A DNA stretch of 64,000 bases, from contig OZ024744.1 of the NCBI GenBank assembly GCA_964016885.1, positions 17,732,001 through 17,796,000 on the forward strand. Direction: 5' to 3'. Each line of letters starts with the position of its first letter. Positions within the stretch are counted from its first letter, which is position 1. Shown here in pieces: positions 52,101 through 64,000 of this stretch. The translations under genes and the position numbers were made by a program. The DNA is from Eledone cirrhosa (lineage: Eukaryota). A model generated the notes under the pieces. The model had not been told where the DNA came from. It did no database searches and saw nothing but the letters and a program-made list of their open reading frames with translations.

Positions 52101-55100
52101 TATGTCACTGTGTGTTTCTGTATGTATGTGTCACTGTGTATGTCACTGTATATTTGTGTATGTCTGTGTCACTGTGTATGTCACTGTGTGTTTCTGTGTG
52201 TCTGTGTCACTGTGTAAGTCATTGTATCTTTGTGTATGTATGTGGCACTCTGTATGTCATTGTGTGTTTCTGTATGTCTGTGTCACTGTCTATGTCACTG
52301 TATCTTTGTGTATGTCTGTGTCACTGTGTATGTCACTGTATGTTTCTGTATGTCTGTGTCTCTGTGTATATCACTGTATGTTTGTGTGTGTCTGTGTCAC
52401 TGTGTATGTCACGGTGTGTTTCTGTATGTCTGTGTCACTGTGTGTCTGTGTCACTGTGTATGTCACTGTGAGTTTCTGTACGTCTGTGTCACTGTGTATG
52501 TCACTGGGTGTTTCTGTATGTCTGTGTCACTGTGTATGTCACTGTATGTTTCTGTATGTCTGTGTCACTGTGTATGTAACTGTATGTATCTGTATGTCTG
52601 TGCCACTGTGTATGTCACTGTATATGTGGGTAGGTCTGTGTCACTGTGTATGTCAGTGTATGTTTGTGTATGTCTGTGTCACTGTGTATGTCACTGTGTG
52701 TTTCTGTGTGTCTGTGTCACTGTGCATGTAACTGTGTGTTTCTGTGTGTCTGCGTCACCGTGTATGTCATTGTGTGTTTGTGTATGTCTGTGTCACTGTG
52801 TATGTCACTGTGTGTTTCTGTGTGTCTGTGTCACCGTGTATGTCATTGTATCTTTGTGTATGTGTGTGTCACTGTGTATGTCACTGTGTGTTTCTGTATG
52901 TATGTGTCACTGTCTATGTCACTGTGTGTTTCTGTATATCTGTGTCACTGTATATGTCACTGTATGTTTGTGTGTGTCTGTGTCACTGTGTATGTCACTG
53001 TATCTTTGTGTATGTCTGTGTCACTGTGTATGTCACTGTATCTTTGTGTATGTCTGTGTCACTGTGTATGTCACTGTAAGTTTGTGTATGTCTGTGTCAC
53101 TGTGTATGTCACTGTATATTTGTGTGTGTCTGTGTCACTGTGTATGTCACTGTATGTTTCTGAATGTCTGTGTCACTGTGTATGTCACTGTATGTTTCTG
53201 TATGTCTGTGTCACTGTGTATGTCGCTGTATGTTTGTGTATGTCTGTGTCTCTGTGTATGTCACTGTGTGTTCTGTATGTCTGTGTCACTGTGTATGTCA
53301 ATGTGTGTTTCTGTATGTCAGTGTCACTGTGTATGTCTCTGTATCTTTGTGTAGGTCTGTGTCACTGTGTATGTCACTGTATCTTTGTGTATGACTGTGT
53401 CACTGTGTATGTCACTGTGTTTCTGTATGTCTGTGTCACTGTGTATGTCACTGTATATTTGTGTATGTCTGTGTCAGTGTGTATGTCACTGTATGTTTGT
53501 GTATGTCTGTGTCACTGTGTATTTAACTGTGTGTTTCTGTATGTCTGTGTCACTGTGTATGTCACTGTGTGTTTTTGTATGTCTGTACCACTGTTTATGT
53601 CACTGTATGTTTGTGTATGTCTGTGTCACTGTGTATGTCAATGTGTGTTTCTGTAGGCCTGTGTCACTGTGTATGTCACTGTATGTTTGTGTATGTCTGT
53701 GTCACTGTGTATGTCACTGTGTGTCTGTGTCACTGTGTATGTCACTGTGTGTTTTTGTATATCTGTGCCACTGTTTATGTCACTGTATGTTTGTGTATGT
53801 CTGTGTCACTGTGTATGTCAATGTGTGTTTCTGTATGTCTGTGTCACTGTGTATGTCACTGTATGTTTGTGTATGTATGTGTGACTGTGTATGTCACTGT
53901 ATGTTTCCGTATATCTGTGTCACTGTGTATGTCACTGTGTGTTTATGTATGTCTGTGTCACTGTTTATGTCACTGTATGTTTGTGTATGTCTGTGTTACT
54001 GTGTATGTCACTGTGTGTTTCTGTATATCTGTGTCACTGTTTATGTCACCCTATGTTTGTGTATGTCTGTGTCACTGTGTATGTCAATGTGTGTTTCTGT
54101 AGGTCTGTCTCACTGTGTATGTCACTGTATTTTTGTGTATGTATGTGTCACTGTGTATGTCACTGTGTGTTTCTGTATGTCTGTGTCACTGTGTATGTTA
54201 CTGTGTGTTTCTGTATGTCTGTGCCACTGTGTATGACACTGTGTGTTTGTGTATGTCTGTGTCACTGTGTATGTCACTGTATCTTTGTGTAGGTCTGTGT
54301 CACTGTGTATGTCACTGTATGTTTGTGTATGTCTGCGTCACTGTGTATGTCACTGTGTGTTTCTGTATGTCTGTGTCACTCTGTATGTCACTGTATGTTT
54401 CTGTATGTCTGTTTCACTGTGTATGTCACTGTATCTTTGTGTATGTCTGTGTCACTGTGTACGTCACTTAGTGTTTCTGTTTGTCTGTGTCACTGTCTAT
54501 GTCACTGTATGTTTCTGAATGTCTGTGTCAAGGTGTATGTCACTGTATGTTTGTGTATGTCTGTGTCACTGTGTATGTCACTGTGTGTTTCTGTATGTCT
54601 GTGTCACTGTCTATGTCACTGTATATTTGTGTGTGTCTGTGTCACTGTGTATGTCACTGTATGTTTCTGAATGTCTGCGTCACTGTGTATGTCACTGTAT
54701 GTTTGTGTATGTCTGTGACACTGTGTATGTCACTGTGTGTTTCTGTATGTCTGTGTCACTGTGTATGTCACTGTATATTTGTGTATGTCTGTGTCAGTGT
54801 GTATGTCACTGTATGTTTCTGTATGTCTGTGTCACTGTGTATGTAACTGTGTGTTTCTGTATGTCTGTGTCACTGTGTATGTCAATGTGTGTTTTTGTAT
54901 GTCTGTGCCACTGTTTATGTCACTGTATGTTTGTGTATGTCTGTGTCACTGTGTATGTCAATGTGTGTTTCTGTATGTATGTGTCACTGTGTATGTCACT
55001 GTATGTTTGTGTATGTATGTGTGACTGTGTATGTCACTGTATGTTTCTGTATATCTGTGTCACTGTGTGTGTCACTGTGTGTTTCTGTATGTCTGTGTCA

Positions 55101-58100
55101 CTGTTTATGTCACTGTATGTTTGTGTATGTCTGTGTCACTGTGTATGTCAATGTGTGTTTCTGTATGTCTGTGTCACTGTGTATGTCACTGTATGTTTGT
55201 GTATGTATGTGTGACTGTGTATGTCACTGTATGTTTCTGTATATCTGTGTCACTGTGTATGTCACTGTGTGTTTCTGTATGTCTGTGTCACTGTTTATGG
55301 CACTGTATGTTTGTGTATGTATGTGTCACTGTGTATGTCAATGTGTGTTTCTGTAGGTCTGTGTCACTGTGTATGTCACTGTATGTTTGTGTATGTCTGT
55401 GTCACTGTGTATGTCACTGTGTGTCTGTGTCACTGTGTATGTCACTGTGTGTTTTTGTATATCTGTGCCACTGTTTATGTCACTGTATGTTTGTGTATGT
55501 CTGTGTCACTGTGTATGTCAATGTGTGTTTCTGTATGTCTGTGTCACTGTGTATGTCACTGTATGTTTGTGTATGTATGTGTGACTGTGTATGTCACTGT
55601 ATGTTTCTGTATATCTGTGTCACTGTGTATGTCACTGTGTGTTTCTGTATGTCTTTGTCACTGTTTATGTCACTGTATGTTTGTGTATGTCTGTGTCACT
55701 GTGTATGTCAATGTCTGTTTCTGTATATCTGTGTCACTGTGTATGTCACTGTCTGTTTCTGTATGTCTGTGTCACTGTTTATGTCACCCTATGTTTATGT
55801 ATGTCTGTGTCACTGTGTATGTCAATGTGTGTTTCTGTAGGCCTGCCTCACTGTGTATGTCACTGTGTGGTTCTGTGTGTCTGTGTCACTGTGTATGTTA
55901 CTGTGTGTTTCTGTATGTCTGTGCCACTTTGTATGACACTGTTTGTTTGTATATGTCTGTGTCACTGTGTATGTCACTGTATCTTTGTGTAGGTCTGTGT
56001 CACTGTGTATGTCACTGTATGTTTGTGTATGTCTGCGTCACTGTGTATGTCACTGTGTGTTTCTGTATGTCTGTATCACTCTGTATGTCACTGTATGTTT
56101 CTGTATGTCTGTTTCATTGTGTATGTCACGGTATGTTTCTGAATGTCTGTGTCACTATGTATGTCACTGTGTGTTTCTGTATATCTGTGTCAAGGTGTAT
56201 GACACTATATGTTTGTGTGTGTCTGTGTCACTGTGTATGTCACTGTGTGTTTATGTATGTCTGTGTCACTGTATGTTTCAGTATGTATGTGTCACTGTGT
56301 ATGTCACTGCGTGTTTCTGTATATCTGTGTCACCGTGTATGTCACTGCATTTTTGTGTATGCCTGTGTCACTGTGTATGTCACTGTGTGATTATGTATGT
56401 CTTTGTCACTGTGTATGTCACTGTGTGTTTCTGTATGTTTGTGTCACTGTGTATGTCACTAAATGTGTCTGTGTGTCTGTGTTTCTGTGTATGTCACTGT
56501 GTGTTTGCGTGTGTCTGTGTCACTGTGTATGTCACTGTGTGTGTCTGTATGTCTGTGAGACTGTGTATGTCACTGTTTGTTTGTGTATGTCTGTGTCACT
56601 GTGTGTGTTTCTGTATGTCTGTGTCACTGTGTATGTCATTGTATCTTTGTGTATGTCTGTGTCACTCTGCATGTCACTGTGTGTTTCTGCATGTATGTGT
56701 CACTGTGTATGTCACTGTGTGTTTCTGTATGTCTGTGTCACTGTGTATGTCACTGTATATTTGTGTGTGTCTGTGTCACTGTGTATGTCACAGTATATTT
56801 CTGTATGTCTGTTTCACTCTGTATGTCACTGTGTGTTTCTGTATGTCTGTGTCACTGTATATGTCACTGTATCTTTGTGTATGTCTGTGTCACTGTCTAT
56901 GTCACTGTATGTTTCTGTATGTCTGTTTCACTGTGCATGTCATTGTATCTTTGTGTATGTCTGTGTCACTGTGTATGTCACTGTATCTTTGTGTATGTCT
57001 GTGTCACTCTGTATGTCACTAAGTGTTTCTGCATGTCTGTGTCCCTGTGTATGTCACTGTGTGTTTCTGTATGTCTGTGTCACTGTGTATGTCATTGTGT
57101 GTTTCTGTATGTCTGTGTCACTGTGTATGTCGCTGTATGTTTCTGTATGTCTGTTTCACTGTGTATGTCACTGTGTGTTTCTGTATGTCTCTGTCACTCT
57201 GTATGTCACTGTATATTTCTGTATGTCTGTGTCACTGTGTATGTCACTGTATCTTTGTGTATGTATGTGTCCCTGTGTATGTCACTGTATGTTTCTGTAT
57301 GTCTGTGTCACTGTCTATCTAACTGTGTGTTTCTGAATGTCTGTGTCACTGTGTATGTCACTGTGCGTTTCTGTATGTCTGTGTCACGGTGTATGTCACT
57401 GTATGTGTGTGTGTGTCTGTGTCACTGTGTATGTCACTGTGTGTTTGTGTATGTCTGTGTCACTGTATGTTTCTGTATGTATGTGTCACTGTGTATGTCA
57501 CTGTGTGTTTCTGTATGTCTGTGTCACCGTGCATGTCACTGTATCTTTGTGTATGCCTGTGTCACTGTGTATGTCACTGTGTGATTCTGTATGTCTGTGT
57601 CACTGTGTATGTCACTGTGTGTTTCTGTATGTTTGTGTCACTGTGTATGTCACTAAATGTTTGTGTGTGTCTGTGTCTCTATCTATGTCACTGTGTGTTT
57701 GCGTGTGTCTGTGTCACTGTGTATGTCACTGTGTGTTTCTGTATGTCTGTGTCACTGTGTATGTCATTGTATCTTTGTGTATGTCTGTGTCACTGTGTAT
57801 GTCACTGTATCTTTGTGTATGTCTGTGTCACTCTATATGTCACTGTGTGTTTCTGCATGTCTGTGTCACTGTGTATGTCACTGTGTGTTTCTGTATGTTT
57901 GTGTCACTGTGTATGTCACTGTGTGTTTGTGTATGTCTGTGTCACTGTGTATGTCACTGTGTGTTTCTGTATGTCTGTGTCTCTGTGTATGTCACTGTAT
58001 GTTTGGGCATGTCTGTGTCACTGTGTATGTCACTGTATGTTTGCGTATGTTGTATCACTGTGTATGTCACTGTGTGTTTCTGTATGTATGTGTCACTGTG

Positions 58101-61100
58101 TATGTCACTGTATCTTTGTGTATGTCTGTGTCACTGTGGATGTCACTGTATCTCTGTGTATGCCTGTGTCACTGTGAATGTCACTGTGTTTTTCTGTATG
58201 TCTGTGTCTCTGTGTATGTCACTGTATGTTTGGGCATATCTGTGTCAATGTGTATGTCACTGTATGTTTGTGTATGTCTGTGTCACTGTGTATGTCACTG
58301 TGTGTTTCTGTATGTATGTGTCACTGTGTATGTCACTGTATATTTGTGTATGTCTGTGTCACTGTGTATGTCACTGTGTGTTTCTGTGTGTCTGTGTCAC
58401 TGTGTAAGTCATTGTATCTTTGTGTATGTATGTGGCACTCTGTATGTCATTGTGTGTTTCTGTATGTCTGTGTCACTGTCTATGTCACTGTATCTTTGTG
58501 TATGTCTGTGTCACTGTGTATGTCACTGTATGTTTCTGTATGTCTGTGTCTCTGTGTATATCACTGTATGTTTGTGTGTGTCTGTGTCACTGTGTATGTC
58601 ACTGTGTGTTTCTGTGTGTCTGTGTCACTGTGTATGTCACGGTGTGTTTATGTATGTCTGTGTCACTGTGTATGTCACTGTGTGTCTGTGTCACTGTGTA
58701 TGTCACTGTGAGTTTCTGTACGTCTGTGTCACTGTGTATGTAACTGTATGTTTCTGTATGTCTGTGTCACTGTGTATGTAACTGTATGTTTCTGTATGTC
58801 TGTGTCACTGTGTATGTCACTGTATATGTGGGTAGGTCTGTTTCACTGTGTATGTCAGTGTATGTTTGTGTATGTCTGTGTCACTCTGTATGTCACTGTA
58901 TGTTTCTGTATGTCTGTGTCTCTGTGTATATCACTGTATGTTTGTGTGTGTCTGTGTCACTGTGTATGTCACTGTGTGTTTCTGTGTGTCTGTGTCACTG
59001 TGTATGTCACGGTGTGTTTATGTATGTCTGTGTCACTGTGTATGTCACTGTGTGTCTGTGTCACTGTGTATGTCACTGGGTGTTTCTGTATGTCTGTGTC
59101 ACTGTGTATGTCACTCTATGTTTCTGTATGTCTGTGTCACTGTGTATGTAACTGTATGTTTCTGTATGTCTGTGTCACTGTGTATGTCACTGTATATGTG
59201 GGTAGGTCTGTGTCACTGTGTATGTCACTGTGTGTTTTTGTGTGTCTGTGTCACTGTGCATGTCACTGTGTGTCTGTGTCACCGTGTATGTCATTGTGTT
59301 TTTGTGTATGTCTGTGTCACTGTGTATGTCACTGTGTGTTTATGTGTGTCTGTGTCACCGTGTATGTCATTGTATCTTTGTGTATGTGTGTGTCACTGTG
59401 TATGTCACTGTGTGTTTCTGTATGTATGTGTCACTGTCTATGTCACTGTGTGTTTCTGTATATTTGTGTCACTGTATATGTCACTGTATGTTTGTGTGTG
59501 TCTGTGTCACTGTGTATGTCACTGTATCTTTGTGTATGTCTGTGTCACTGTGTATGTCACTGTATCTTTGTGTATGTCTGTGTCACTGTGTATGTCACTG
59601 TATGTTTGTGTATGTCTGTGTCACTGTCTATGTCACTGCATATTTGTGAGTGTCTGTGTCACTGTGTAAGTCACTGTATGTTTCTGAATGTCTGCGTCAC
59701 TGTGTATGTCACTGTATGTTTGTGTATGTCAGTGTCACTGTGTATGTCGCTGTATGTTTGTGTATGTCTGTGTCTCTGTGTATGTCACTGTGTGTTTCTG
59801 AATGTCTGTGTCACTGTGTATGTCAATGTGTGTTTCTGTATGTCAGTGTCACTGTGTATGTCACTGTATCTTTGTGTAGGTCTGTGTCACTGTGTATGTC
59901 ACTGTATCTTTGTGTATGAATGTGTCACTGTGTATGTCACTGTGTGTTTCTGTATGTCTGTGTCACTGTGTATGTCACTGTATATTTGTGTATGTCTGTG
60001 TCAGTGTGTATGTCACTGTATGTTTCTGTATGTCTGTGTCACTGTGTATGTAACTGTGTGTTTCTGTATGTCTGTGTCACTGTGTATGTCACTGTGTGTT
60101 TTTGTATGTCTGTGCCACTGTTTATGTCACTGTATGTTTGTGTATGTATGTGTGACTGTGTATGTCACTGTATGTTTCTGTATATCTGTGTCACTGTGTA
60201 TGTCACTGTGTGTTTCTGTATGTCTGTGTCACTGTTTATGTCACTGTATGTTTGTGTATGTCTGTGTCACTGTGTATGTCAATGTGTGTTTCTGTATGTC
60301 TGTGTTACTGTGTATGTCACTGTATGTTTGTGTATGTATGTGTGACTGTGTATGTCACTGTATGTTTCTGTATATCTGTGTCACTGTGTATGTCACTGTG
60401 TGTTTCTGTATGTCTGTGTCACTGTTTATGGCACTGTATGTTTGTGTATGTCTGTGTCACTGTGTATGTCAATGTGTGTTTCTGTAGGTCTGTGTCACTG
60501 TGTATGTCACAGTATGTTTGTGTATGTCTGTGTCACTGTGTATGTCACTGTGTGTCTGTGTCACTGTGTATGTCACTGTGTGTTTTTGTATATCTGTGCC
60601 ACTGTTTATGTCACTGTATGTTTGTGTATGTCTGTGTCACTGTGTATGTCAATGTGTGTTTCTGTATGTCTGTGTCACTGTGTATGTCACTGTATGTTTG
60701 TGTATGTATGTGTGACTGTGTATGTCACTGTATGTTTCTGTGTATCTGTGTCACTGTGTATGTCACTGTGTGTTTCTGTATGTCTGTGTCACTGTTTATG
60801 TCTCTGTATGTTTGTGTATGTCTGTGTCACTGTGTATGTCAATGTCTGTTTCTGTATATCTGTGTCACTGTGTATGTCACTGTCTGTTTCTGTATGTCTG
60901 TGTCACTGTTTATGTCACCCTATGTTTATGTATGTCTGTGTCACTGTGTATGTCAATGTGTGTTTCTGTAGGCCTGTCTCACTGTGTATGTCACTGTATG
61001 TTTGTGTATGTCTGTGTCACTGTGTATGTCACTGTGTGTTTCTGTGTGTCTGTGTCACTGTGTATGTTACTGTGTGTTTGTGTATGTCACTGTCTGTTTC

Positions 61101-64000
61101 TGTATGTCTGTGTCACTGTTTATGTCACCCTATGTTTATGTATGTCTGTGTCACTGTGTATGTCAATGTGTGTTTCTGTAGGCCTGTCTCACTGTGTATG
61201 TCACTGTGTCTTTATGTATGTCTGTGTCACTGTGTATGTCAATGTGTGTTTCTGTATGTCTGTGCCGCTGTGTATGACACTGTGTGTTTGTGTATGTCTG
61301 TGTCACTGTGTATGTCACTGTATCTTTGTGTAGGTCTGTGTCACTGTGTATGTCACTGTATGTTTGTGTATGTCTGCGTCACTGTGTATGTCACTGTGTG
61401 TTTCTGTATGTCTGTGTCACTCTGTATGTCACTGTATGTTTCTGTATGTCTGTTTCACTGTGTATGTCACTGTATCTTTGTGTATGTCTGTGTCACTGTG
61501 TACGTCACTGTGTGTTTCTGTATGTCTGTGTCACTGTGTATGTCACTGTATGTTTGTGTATGTATGTGTGACTGTGTATGTCACTGTATGTTTCTGTATA
61601 TCTGTGTCACTGTGTATGTCACTGTGTGTTTCTGTATGTCTGTGTCAAGGTGTATGTCACTATATGTTTGTGTGTGTCTGTGTCACTGTGTATGTCACTG
61701 TGTGTTTATGTATGTCTGTGTCACTGTATGTTTCAGTATGTATGTGTCACTGTGTATGTCACTGCGTGTTTCTGTATATCTGTGTCACTGTGTATGTCAC
61801 TGCATTTTTGTGTATGCCTGTGTCACTGTGTATGTCACTGTGTGATTATGTATGTCTTTGTCACTGTGTATGTCACTGTGTGTTTCTGTATGTTTGTGTC
61901 ACTGTGTATGTCACTAAATGTGTGTGTGTGTCTGTGTTTCTGTGTATGTCACTGTGTGTTTGCGTGTGTCCGTGTCACTGTGTATGTCACTGTGTGTGTC
62001 TGTATGTCTGTGAGACTGTGTATGTCACTGTTTGTTTGTGTATGTCTGGGTCACTGTGTGTGTTTCTGTATGTCTGTGTCACTGTGTATGTCATTGTATC
62101 TTTGTGTATGTCTGTATCACTCTGTATGTCACTGTGTGTTTCTGCATGTCTGTGTCACTGTGTATGTCACTGTGTGTTTCTGTATGTATGTGTCACTGTG
62201 CATGTCACTGTATATTTGTGTGTGTCTGTGTCACTGTGTATGTCACAGTATATTTATGTATGTCTGTTTCACTCTGTATGTCACTGTGTGTTTCTGTATG
62301 TCTGTGTCACTGTATATGTCACTGTATCTTTGTGTATGCCTGTGTCACTGTCTATGTCACTGTATGTTTCTGTATGTCTGTTTCACTGTGCATGTCATTG
62401 TATCTTTGTGTATGTCTGTGTCACTGTGTATGTCACTGTATCTTTCTGTATGTCTGTGTCACTCTGTATGTCACTAAGTGTTTCTGCATGTCTGTGTCAC
62501 TGTGTATGTCATTGTATGTTTCTGTATGTCTGTTTCACTGTGTATGTCACTGTGTGTTTCTGTATGTCTCTGTCTCTCTGTATGTCACTGTATATTTCTG
62601 TATGTCTGTGTGTTTGTGTATGTCACTGTATCTTTGTGTATGTATGTGTCCCTGTGTATGTCACTGCATGTTTCTGTATATCTGTGTCACAGTGTATATC
62701 ACTGTATGTTTCTGTATGTCTGTGTCACTGTCTATCTAACTGTGTGTTTCTGAATGTCTGTGTCACTGTGCGTTTCTGTATGTCTGTGTCACGGTGTATG
62801 TCACTGTATGTTTGTGTGTGTCTGTGTCACAGTGTATGTCACTGTGTGTTTGTGTATGTCTGTGTCACTGTATGTTTCTGTATGTTTGTGTCACTGTGTA
62901 TGTCATTGTGTGTTTCTGTATGTATGTGTCACTGTGTATGTCACTGTATGTGTGTGTATGTCTCTGTCACGGTGTATGTCACTGTATCTTTGTGTATGCC
63001 TGTGTCACTGTGTATGTCTCTGTGTGTTTCTGTATGTCTGTGTCTCTGTGTATGTCACTGTATCTTTGTGTATGTATGTGTCACTGTGTGTTTCTGTATG
63101 TTTGTGTCACTGTGTATGTCACTGTGTGTTTCTGCATGTCAGTGTCACTGTGTATGTCACTGTGTGTTTATGTATGTCTGTGTCACTGTATATGTCACTG
63201 TATGTTTGTGTATGTCTGTGTCACTGTGTATGTCACTGTGTGTTTCTGTATGTCTGTGTCACTGTGTATGTCACTGTGTGTTTCTATATGTCTGTGTCAC
63301 TGTGTATGTCACTGAGTGTTTCTGTATGTCTGTGTCACTATGTATGTCGCTGTATGTTTTTGTTGTCTGTGTCACTGTTTATATCACTGTGCGTTTCTGT
63401 ATGTATGTATCACTGTGTATGTCACTGTGTGTTTCTGTATGTCTGTGTCACTGTCTATGTCACTGTATCTTTCTGTATGTCTGTGTCACTGTGTATGTCA
63501 ATGTGTGTTTCTGTATGTATGTGTCTCTGTGTATGTCACTGTATCTTTGTGTGTGTATGTGTCACTGTGTATGTCACTGTGTGTTTGTGTATGTCTGTGT
63601 CACTGTGTATGTCACTGTGTGTTTCTGTATGTCTGTGTCACTGTGTATGTCACTGTGAGTTTCTGTATGTCTGTGTCACTGTGTATGTCACTGTGTGTTT
63701 CTGTATGTCTGTGTCTCTGTGTATGTCACTGTGTGTTTGGGCATGTCTGTGTCACTGTGTACGTCACTGTGTGTTTCTGTATGTATGTGTCACTGTGTAT
63801 GTCACTGTATCTTTGTGTATGTCTGTGTCACTGTGGATGCCACTGTATCTCTGTGTATGCCTGTTTCACTGTGAATGTCACTGTGTGTTTCTGTATGTCT
63901 GTGTCTCTGTGTATGTCACTGTATGTTTGGGCATGTATGTGTCACTGTGTATGTCACTGTATATTTGTGTATGTCTGTGTCACTGTGTATGTGACTGTGT
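10164..64000. repeat. 38-bp satellite array (~54 kb, roughly 1,400 monomers, continues past the window end)
   Basis: Consensus CTGTGTCACTGTGTATGTCACTGTGTGTTTCTGTATGT in one orientation throughout, with 12+12+14 internal sub-repeats. No non-satellite insertion was seen. Confidence 0.98.
39270..55635. repeat. Higher-order tandem triplication within the satellite (5,518-bp period; first copy 5,328 bp)
   Basis: Identical-length ORFs recur at 41194/46712/52230, 43483/49001/54519 and 44793/50311 (offset 5,518). 39465 vs 44793 gives 5,328, which is 190 bp (5 monomers) shorter. Boundaries are approximate. Confidence 0.92.

Noticed and set aside
10203-63658. Hundreds of long Cys/Val/His-rich ORFs (up to 924 aa) with CHCVCHC motifs, superficially metallothionein- or keratin-like
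   Set aside because: The 38-bp monomer lacks plus-strand stops, so all three frames give the same 38-aa repeat. Indels switch frames freely and stops arise at random.
10164-64000. CRISPR-like array (repeat about 38 bp)
   Set aside because: No unique spacers and no cas genes; monomers are directly adjacent and the context is eukaryotic.

Overview
Eukaryotic, AT-rich, repeat-dominated DNA with no supportable host gene. The (TA)n abundance plus CORE- and Meta-type SINE fragments suggests a cephalopod/octopus-like mollusc (inference). Bases 1-10,160 are a dense nest of retroelement pieces separated by (TA)n/(TG)n microsatellites. There are at least three Penelope-like element (PLE) relics, all on the minus strand: a near-full-length RT + GIY-YIG element at 5145-8318, a 3' fragment at 807-2211, and a chimeric two-GIY-YIG ORF at 8394-9711. 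Also present are SINEs, a CR1-like LINE tail, several fold-back inverted repeats, and up to seven type I hammerhead ribozyme (HHR) motifs, three with unusually long (about 55-130 nt) stem II regions. From about 10,164 to the window end is one ~54 kb satellite of a 38-bp, T/G-skewed monomer (CTGTGTCACTGTGTATGTCACTGTGTGTTTCTGTATGT). It has layered higher-order structure: a near-perfect 5,518-bp tandem triplication, an older ~5.6-6.5 kb ordered cassette of variant monomers, and blocks duplicated ~46 kb apart. The hundreds of Cys/Val-rich ORFs in the satellite are translation artefacts. All structures were folded and aligned by eye and need computational confirmation.
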